DNA of 64,000 nucleotides from Camelus dromedarius (taxonomy: Eukaryota), in contig NC_087436.1 in NCBI RefSeq assembly GCF_036321535.1, forward strand, positions 3,224,001 to 3,288,000, given 5' to 3'. Shown piece after piece: positions 55,201-64,000 of this stretch. Positions within the stretch are counted from its first letter, which is position 1, and each line of letters opens with the position of its first letter. The position numbers and the translations under genes are program-made. The notes below the pieces were generated by a model. It had not been told where the DNA came from. It made no database searches and saw nothing but the letters and a program-made list of their open reading frames with translations.

Positions 55201-56190
55201 GACGTTCGTTCATCTAGCACAAAGTGTATGGGTTGCCGGAGAAACTTTTACTCTGGTTTCTCATTCTGTTTCCTAGTGCCAGTTTGAAGTTCCTGCAGTT
55301 ATCACTGTAAAACTGAGATGGAGCTAGTACCTGCCCATATATATGTATGGAGTGGAGTTTGCAACTGAAAAGAAACTTTGTGTTCCCAACAAGTTGGTGA
55401 AAGATGGCTTTCACACACATTTATCTCTCAGAAATGAGCATGTGGAGAGAAGTTCATTCATCTAGCACAAAGGGAACGGGTTGCAGGGGAAACTTTTACT
55501 CTGGTTTCACAGTCTGTTTCCTAGTGCCGGTTTGAAGTTCCTGCAGTTTTCACTGTAAAGCAAATTTGGAGCTAGTAGTTCCCCATATAAATGTATGGAG
55601 TGGGGTTTGAAACTGAAAAGAAACTTTGTGTTCCCAACAATCTAGGTAAAGGACGGCTTTCACACACACTTATCTCTCAGAACTGAGCATGTGGAAAGAC
55701 GTTCGTTCATCTAGCACAAAGGGAACGGATACAGGAGAAACTTTTACTCTGGTTTCTCAATCTGTTTCCAGTGCCGGTTAGAAGTTCCTGAAGTTTTCAC
55801 TGTAAAACCGAGTTGGAGCTAGAACCTCCCCATATATATGTATGGAGTGGAGTTAGCAAATGAAAAGAAGCTTTGTGTTCCCAACAATCTATTTGAAGGA
55901 CGGCTTTCACACACACTTATCTCTCAGAACTGAGCATGTGGAGAGACATTCGTTCATCTAGCACAAAGGGAACGGGATGAAGGAGAAACTTTTACTCTGG
56001 TTTGTCAGTCTGTTTCCTAGTGCCGGTTTGAAGTTCCTGCAGTTTTCACTGTAAAACCGAGTTGGAGCTAGTACCTCCCCATATATATGTATGGATTGGA
56101 GTGTGCAAGTGAAAAGGAACTTTGTGTTCCCAACAATCTAGGTGAAGGACGACTTTCACACACACTTATCTCTCAAAACAGAGCATGTGT
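49200..56190 (+). repeat. Divergent monomeric satellite zone (~28 monomers) with no evident higher-order repeat
   Basis: Monomers carry mostly private substitutions and small deletions (e.g. ~49800, ~51785, ~53025, ~55770). I found no multi-monomer block repeated, and there is no recurring ORF between 49.1 and 54.8 kb. Confidence 0.75.
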
Positions 56191-59100
56191 AGAGAAGTTC
56201 GTTCATCTAGCACAAAGGGAACGGGTTGCAGGAGAAAATTTTACAGTGGTTTCCCAGTCTGTTTCGTAGTGCCGGTTTGAAGTTCCTGCAGTTTTCACTG
56301 TAAAACCTAGTTGGGGCTAGTAGCTCCCCATAAATATGTATGGAGTGGAGTTTCCATCTGAAAAGAATCTTTGTGTTCCTAACAAGCTAGGTGAAGGACG
56401 GCTTTCACACACACTTATCTCTCAGGACTCAGCATGTGGAGAGACGTTCGTTCATCTAGGAAATAGGAAACGGGTTGCAGGAGAAAATTTTACTCTGGTT
56501 TCTCAGTCTGTTTCCTAGTGCCGGTTTGAAGTTCCTGAAGATTTCACTGTAAAACCGATCTGTAGATAGTACCTCTCCATATATATGTATGGATTGGAGT
56601 TTGCAACTGAAAAGAAACTTTGTGTTCCCAACAAGCTAGGTGAAGTACGGCTTTCACACTCACTTATCTCTCAGAACTGAGCATGTGGAGAGACGTTCGT
56701 TCATCTAGCACAAATGAAACGGTTAGCAGGAGAAACTCTTACTCTCTTTTCCCAGTCTGTTTCCTAGTGCCGATTTGAAGTACCTGCAGTTTTCACTGTA
56801 AAACCGAGTTGGAGCTAGTACCTACCCATATATATGTATGGATTGGAGTTTGCAAGTGAAAAGAATCTTTGTCTTCCAAACAAGCTAGGTAAAGAACGCC
56901 TTTCACACACAATTATCTCTCAGAACTGAGCATGTGGGGAGACGTTCGTTCATCTAGCAAAGGGAACGGTGTGCAGGAGAAAATATTACTCTGGTTTCCC
57001 AGTCTGTTTCCTAGTGCCGGTTTGAAGTTCCTGCAGTTTTCACTGTAAAACCGATTTGGAGCTAGTACCTCCCATATATATGTATGGATTGGAGTTTGCA
57101 AGTGAAAAGAATCTTTTTGTTCCGAAAACCTAGGTGAAGGACGGCTTTCACACACACTTATCTCTCAGGACTGAGCATGTGGAGAGACGTTCGTTCATCT
57201 AGGAAATAGGAAACGGGTTGCAGGAGAAACTTTCACTCTGGTTTCTCAGTCTATTTCCTAGTGCCGGTTTCAAGTTCCTGCAGTTTTCACTGTAAAACCA
57301 GTTGGGTAATGTACCTCCCCGTATATATGTATGGAGTGGAGTTTGCAAATGAAAAAAACTTTGTGTTCCTAACAAGCTAGGTGAAGGACGGCTTTCACAC
57401 ACACTTATCTCTCAGGACTGAGCATGTGGAGAGACGATCGTTCATCTAGCCAAAAGGAACGGGTTGCAGGAGAAACTTTTACTCTGGTTTCTCAGACTGT
57501 TTCCTAGTGCTGGTTTGAAGTTCCTGCAGTTTTCACTGTAAAACCGAGTTGGAGCTAGTACCTAACCATATATATGTATGGAGTGAAGTTTGCAACTGAA
57601 AAGAAACTTTGTGTACCCAACAAGCTAGGTGAAATACGACATTCACACACACATATCTCTCAGATATGAGCATGTGGAGAGACGTTCATTCATCTAGCAC
57701 AAAGGGAACAGTTTGCCAGAGAAACTTTTACTCTGGTTTCTCAGTCTGTTTCCTAGTGCCGGTTTGAAGTTACTGCAGTTTTAACTGTAAAACCGAGTTG
57801 TGGCTTGTACCTCCCCATATATATGTATGGAGTGGAGTTTGCAAATGAAAATAAACTTTGTGTTCCCAACAAGCTAGGTGAAGGACGGCTTTCACACACA
57901 CTTATCTCTCAGGACTGAGCACGTGGAGAAACGTTCGTTCATCTAGCACAAAGGAAACGGTTTGCAGTAGAAAACTTTACTCTGGTTTCTCAGGCTTTTT
58001 CCTAGTGCCGGTTTGAAGTTCCTACATTTTTCACTGTAAAACGGAGTTGGAGCTAGTACCTCCCCATATATATGGATGGAGTGGAGTTGGCAAGTGAAAA
58101 GAAACTTTGTGTTCCCAACAAGCTAGGTGAAGGATGGCTTTCACACACACTTATCTCCCAGAAATGAGCATGTGGAGAGAAGTTCGTTCATCTAGCACAA
58201 AGGGAACGGGTTGCAGGAGAAAATTTTACAGTGGTTTCCCAGTCTGTTTCGTAGTGCCGGTTTGAAGTTCCTGCAGTTTTCACTGTAAAACCTAGTTGGG
58301 GCTAGTAGCTCCCCATAAATATGTATGGAGTGGAGTTTGCATCTGAAAAGAATCTTTGTGTTCCTAACAAGCTAGGTGAAGGACGGCTTTCACACACACT
58401 TATCTCTCAGGACTGAGCATGTGGAGAGAATTTCGTTCATCTAGGAAATAGGAAACGGGTTGCAGGAGAAAATTTTACTCTGGTTTCTCAGTCTGTTTCC
58501 TAGTGCCGGTTTGAAGTTCCTGAAGATTTCACTGTAAAACCGATCTGTAGATAGTACCTCTCCATATATATGTATGGATTGGAGTTTGCAACTGAAAAGA
58601 ATCTTTGTGTTCCCAACAAGCTAGGTGAAGTACGGCTTTCACACTCACTTATCTCTCAGAACTGAGCATGTGGAGAGACGTTCGTTCATCTAGCACAAAT
58701 GAAACGGTTAGCAGGAGAAACTCTTACTCTCTTTTCCCAGTCTGTTTCCTAGTGCCGATTTGAAGTACCTGCAGTTTTCACTGTAAAACCGAGTTGGAGC
58801 TTGTACCTACCCATATATATGTATGGATTGGAGTTTGCAAGTGAAAAGAATCTTTGTCTTCCAAACAAGCTAGGTAAAGAACGCCTTTCACACACAATTA
58901 TCTCTCAGAACTGAGCATGTGGAGAGACGTTCGTTCATCTAGCACAAAGGGAACGGTGTGCAGGAGAAAATATTACTCTGGTTTCCCAGTCTGTTTCCTA
59001 GTGCCGGTTTGAAGTTCCTGCAGTTTTCACTGTAAAACCGATTTGGAGCTAGTACCTCCCCATATATATGTATGGATTGGAGTTTGCAAGTGAAAAGAAT

Positions 59101-62100
59101 CATTTTGTTCCGAAAACCTAGGTGAAGGACGGCTTTCACACACACTTATCTCTCAGGACTGAGCATGTGGAGAGACGTTCGTTCATCTAGGAAATAGGAA
59201 ACGGGTTGCAGGAGAAAATTTTACTCTGGTTTCTCAGTCTGTTTCCTAGTGCCGGTTTGAAGTTCCTGAAGATTTCACTGTAAAACCGATCTGTAGATAG
59301 TACCTCTCCATATATATGTATGGATTGGAGTTTGCAACTGAAAAGAAACTTTGTGTTCCCAACAAGCTAGGTGAAGTACGGCTTTCACACACACTTATGT
59401 CTCAGAACTGAGCATGTGGAGAGACGTTCGTTCATCTAGCACAAATGAAACGGTTAGCAGGAGAAACTCTTACTCTCTTTTCCCAGTCTGTTTCCTAGTG
59501 CCGATTTGAAGTACCTGCAATTTTCACAGTAAAACCGAGTTGGAGCTAGTACCTACCCATATATATGTATGGATTGGAGTTTGCAAGTGAAAAGAATCTT
59601 TGTCTTCCAAACAAGCTTGGTAAAGAACGGCTTTCACACACAATTATCTCTCAGAACTGAGCATGTGGAGAGACGTTCGTTCATCTAGCAAAAAGGGAAC
59701 GGGTTGCAGGAGAAACTTTTACTCTGGTTTCTCAGTCTGTTTCATAGTGCCGGTTTGATGTTCCTGCAGTTTTCACTGTAAAACCGAGTTGGAGCTAGTA
59801 CTTCCCCATAAATATGTATGGAGTGGAGTTTGCAACTGAAAAGAAACTTTGTGTTCCCAACAAGCTAGGTGAATGACGGCTTTCACACACAATTATCTCT
59901 CAGAACTGAGCATGTGGAGAGACTTTCGTTCATCTAGTCAAAATGAACGGGTTGCAGGAGAAACTTTCACTCTGGTTTCTCAGTCTGTTTCCTAGTGCCG
60001 ATTTTAAGTTCCTGCAGTTTTCACTGAGAATCCGAGTTGGGGCTAGTACCTCCCCATATATATGTATGGAGTGGAGGATGCAACTGAAAAGAAACTTTGT
60101 GTTCCCAACATGCTAGGTGAAGGACGGCTTTCACACAAACTTATCTCTCAGAAATGAGCATGTGGAGAGACTTTCGTTCATCTAGCCAAAATGAACGGGT
60201 TGCAGGAGAAACTTTCACTCTGGTTTCTCAGTCTATTTCCTAGTGCCGGTTTCAAGTTCCTGCAGTTTTCACTGTAAAACCAGTTGGGTAATGTACCTCC
60301 CCGTATATATGTATGGAGTGGAGTTTGCAAATGAAAAAAACTTTGTGTTCCCAACAAGCTAGTTGAAGGACGGCTTTCACACACACTTATCTCTCAGAAC
60401 TGAGCATGTGGAGAGACGTTCGTTCATCTAGCAAAAAGGGAACGGGTTGCAGGAGAAACTTTTACTCTGGTTTCACAGTCTGTTTCCTAGTGCCGTTTTG
60501 AATTTCCTGCAGTTTTCACTGAGAAACCGAGTTGGGGCTAGTACCTCCCCATATATATGTAAGGAGTGGAGTTTGCAACTGAAAAGAACTTTGTGTTCCC
60601 AACAAGTTAGGTGAAGGACGGCTTCCACACACACTTATCTCTCAGAACTTAGCATGTGGAGAGACGTTTGTTCATCTAGCACAAAGGAAACGGTTTGCAG
60701 TAGAAAATTTTACTCTGGATTCTCAGTCTGTTTCCTAGTGCCGGTTTGATGTTCCTGCATTTTTCACAGTAAAACCGAGTTGGAGCTAGTACCTCCCCAT
60801 ATATATGTATGGTTTGGAGTTTGCAAGTGAAAAGACACTTTGTGTTCCCAACAAGCTAGTTGAAGAATGGCTTTCACACGCACTTATCTCTCAGAACTGA
60901 GCATGTGGAGAGACGTTCGTTCATCTAGCACAAAGGGAACGGGTTGCAGGAGAAAATTTTACTGTGATTTCTCAGTCTGTTTCGTAGTGCCGGTATGAAG
61001 TTCCTGCAGTTTTCACTGTAAAACAGAGTTCGGGCTAGTACCTCCCCATAAATATGTATGGAGTGGAGTTTGCAACTGAAAAGAAACTTTGTGTTCCCAA
61101 CAAGCTATGTGAAGGGCGGCTTTCACACACACTTATCTCTCAGAACTGAGCATGTGGAGAGACTTTCGTTCATCTAGCACAAAGGAAACGGGTTGCAGGA
61201 AAAAATTTTACTCTGGTTTCTCAGTCTGTTTCCTAGTTCCGGTTTTAAGTTCCTGCAGTTTTCAATGTAAAACCGAGTTGGAGCAGGTACCTCCAAATAT
61301 ATATGTATGGATACCAGTTTGCAAGTTAAAAGAAACTTTGTTTTCCCAACATGCTAGGTGAAGGACGGCTTTCACATACAATTATCTCTCAGAACTGAGC
61401 ATGTGGAGAGACGTTCGTTCATCTAGCACAAAGGGAACGTGTTGCAGGAGAAACTTTACTCTGGTTTCTCTGTCTGTTTCCTAGTGCCGGTTAGAAATTC
61501 CTGCAGTTTTCACTGTAAAACCGAGTTGGAGCTAGTACCTCCCCATATATATGTATGGATTGGAGTTTGCAAGTGAAAAGAACCTTTGTGTTCCCAACAA
61601 GCTAAGTGCAGGACGGCTTTCAAACACACTTATCTCTCAGAAATGAGCATGTGGAGAGACGTTCGTTCATCTAGAAAAAAGGGAACGGGTTGCAGGGGAA
61701 ATTTTACTCTGGATTCTCAGTCTGTTTCCTAGTGCCGGTTTGATGTTCCTGCATTTTTCACTGTAAAACCGAGTTGGAGCTAGTACCTCCCCATATATAT
61801 GTATGGAATGGAGTTTGCAACTGAAAAGAAACTTTGTGTTCCCAACAAGCTAGGTGAAGGACGGCTTTCACACACACTTATCTCTCAGAACTTAGCATGT
61901 GGAGAGACGTTCGTTCATCTAGCAAAAAGGGAACGGGTTGCAGGAGAAACTTTTACTCTGTTTTCTCAGTCTGTTTCCTAGTGCCGGTTTGATGTTCCTG
62001 CAGTTTTCACTGTAAAACCGAGCTGGAGCTAGAACTTCCCCATAAATATGTACGGAGTGGGGTTTGCAACTGAAAAGAAACTTTGTGTTCCCAACAAGCT

Positions 62101-64000
62101 AGGTGAATGACGGCTTTCACACACAATTATCTCTCAGAACTGAGCATGTGGAGAGACTTTCGTTCATCTAGTCAAAATGAACGGGTTGCAGGAGAAACTT
62201 TCACTCTGGTTTCTCAGTCTGTTTCCTAGTGCCGGTTTTAAGTTCCTGCAGTTTTCACTGAGAATCCGAGTTGGGGCCTGTACCTCCCCATATATATGTA
62301 TGGAGTGGAGTTTGCAACTGAAAAGAACTTTGTGTTCCCAACAAGTTAGGTGAAGGGCGGCTTCCACACACACTTATCTCTCAGATCTGAGCATGTGGAG
62401 AGACGTTCGTTCATCTAGCACAAAGGAAACGGTTTGCAGTAGAAAATATTACTCTGGTTTCTCAGTCTGTTTCCTAGTGCCGGTTTGATGTTCCTGCATT
62501 TTTCACTGTAAAACCGAGTTGGAGCTTGTACCACCCCATATATATGTATGGATTGGAATTTGCAAGTGAAAAGAAACTTTGTGTTCCCAACAAGCTAGCT
62601 GAACTATGGCTTTCACACGCACTTATCTCTCAGAACTGAGCATGTGGAGAGACGTTCGTTCATCTAGCACAAAGGGAACGGGATGCAGGAGAAAATTTAC
62701 TGTGGTTTCTCAGTCTGTTTCGTAGTGCCGGTATGAAGTTCCTGCAGTTTTCACTGAAAAACCGAATTGGGGCTAGTACCTCCCCATTAATATGTATGGA
62801 GTGGGATTTGCAACTGGAAAGAAACTTTCTGTTCCCAACAAGGTATGTGAAGGGAGGCTTTCACACAAAATTATCTCTCAGAACTGAGCATGTGGAGAGA
62901 CGTTCGTTCATCCAGCACAAAGGGAACGGGTTGCAGGAGAAAATTTTAATCTGGTTTCTCAGTCTGTTTCCTAGTGCCGGTTTAAAGTTCCTGCAGTTTT
63001 CTCTGTAAACCAAGTTGGAACTACTACCTCCACATATATATGTATGGAGTGGAGGATGCAACTGAAAAGAAACTTTGTGTTCCCAACATGCTAGTTGAAG
63101 GACGGCTTTCACACACACTTATATCTCTGAACTGAGCATGTGGAGAGACGTTTGTTCATCTAGCACAAAGGAAACGGTTTGCAGTAGAAAATTTTACTCT
63201 GGATTCTCAGTCTGTTTCCTAGTGCCGGTTTGATGTTCCTGCATTTTTCACTGTAAAACCGAGTTGGAGCTAGTACCTCCCCATATATATGTATGGATTG
63301 GAGTTTGCAAGTGAAAAGACACTTTGTGTTCCCAACAAGCTATGTGAAGGACGACTTTCACACACACTTTTCTCTCAGAACTGAGCATGTGGAGAGACGT
63401 TCGTTCATCTAGCAAATAGGGAACGGGTTGCAGGAGAAACTTTTACTCTGGTTTCTCAGTCTGTTTCCTAATGCCGGTTTGAAGTTCCTGCAGGTTTCAC
63501 TGTAAAACTGAGTTGGAGCTAGTACCTCCCCATATGTATGTATGGATTGGAGTTTGCAACTGAAAAGAAACTTTGTGTTCCCAACAAGCTAGGTGAAGGA
63601 CGACTTTCACACACACTTATCTCTCAGAACTGAGCATGTGGAGAGACGTTCGTTCATCTAGCACAAAGGGAACGGGTTGCATGAGAAAATTTTACTCTGG
63701 TTTCTCAGTCTTTTTCCAAGAGCCGGTTTGAAGATCCTGCAGTTTTCACTGTAAAACCGACTTGGAGCTAGTACCTCCCCATATATATGTATGGATTGGG
63801 GTTTGCAAGTCAAAAGAAACTTTGTGTTCCCAACAAGCAAGGTGAAGGACGGCTTTCACACACACTTATCTCTCAGAACTGAGCTTGTGGATAGACGTTC
63901 GTTCATCTAGCAAAAAGGGAACGGGTTGCAGGAGAAACTTTTACTCTGGATTCTCAGTCTGTTTCCTAGTGCCGGTTTAAAGTTCCTGCAGTTTTCTCTG
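56190..64000 (+). repeat. Near-identical second copy of domain 1 sequence from ~7,957 onward (offset 48,233 bp); runs off the window end
   Basis: ORF pairs 8680/56913, 8966/57199, 10706/58939, 11945/60178 and 12919/61152 are all offset by 48,233. The offset becomes 48,482 after one extra monomer at ~61893-62141. Confidence 0.95.

Larger units (their letters stand above)
1..64000 (+). repeat. Tandem satellite DNA array, 249-bp monomer, ~257 head-to-tail copies in a single orientation (centromeric/pericentromeric-type satellite; family not identified)
   Basis: The motif GAGCA(T/C)GTGGAG recurs at 6, 255, 504, 753 and so on to the end of the window. Consensus read from the copies: gagcatgtggagagacgttcgttcatctagcacaaagggaacgggttgcaggagaaacttttactctggtttctcagtctgtttcctagtgccggtttgaagttcctgcagttttcactgtaaaaccgagttggagctagtacctccccatatatatgtatggagtggagtttgcaactgaaaagaaactttgtgttcccaacaagctaggtgaaggacggctttcacacacacttatctctcagaact (249 nt). 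Copies differ by SNPs and 1-3 bp indels. No non-satellite stretch was seen. The centromeric role is inference only. Confidence 0.98.

Noticed and set aside
1236..63840. About 90 short Cys-containing ORFs (60-91 aa) resembling a tandem peptide gene family
   Set aside because: All are translations of the same satellite monomer on both strands and in several frames. They appear or vanish with single SNPs and frameshifting indels, and most end at the recurring CTAG sites. There is no sign of frame preservation or gene structure.
1..64000. Monomer length 249 = 83 codons, suggesting a giant repeat-protein exon
   Set aside because: Stop codons recur within the monomers, 1-2 bp indels are common, and the longest ORF is 91 aa.
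1..64000. CRISPR array, integron cassette array or other repeat-plus-variable-spacer system
   Set aside because: There are no unique spacers or cassettes. The full 249 bp is homologous between units, and no cas, integrase or reverse transcriptase gene is present.
1..64000. Primate alpha satellite, 5S rDNA, tRNA or snRNA tandem array
   Set aside because: The unit length is wrong for alpha satellite and only short chance-level word similarity exists (e.g. 'tctcagaa'). I saw no recognisable 5S, tRNA cloverleaf or Pol III box A/B sequence.

Overview
The whole 64 kb window is one uninterrupted head-to-tail tandem satellite array of about 257 copies of a 249-bp monomer (about 45% GC in my hand-built consensus), all in the same orientation. 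I see no genes, RNA genes, transposon insertions or CRISPR array; every listed ORF is a chance reading frame through the monomer. The pattern is typical of eukaryotic centromeric or pericentromeric satellite DNA, but I cannot name the family or the host. The interesting structure is internal. Diagnostic monomer variants divide the array into four sub-family domains carrying nested higher-order repeats (3-, 7-, 8-, 13/14-, 14-, 16-, 26- and 30-monomer periods). A divergent monomeric zone ends abruptly at ~56,190, where the sequence restarts as a near-identical copy of the sequence 48,233 bp upstream. Chimeric monomers mark the junctions, the monomer is rich in short dyad symmetries, and substitutions look skewed to C>A/G>T. 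I found no evidence of a novel protein-coding system. Boundaries were placed by eye and are approximate (tens of bp); offsets are cross-checked against the spacing of recurring ORFs.
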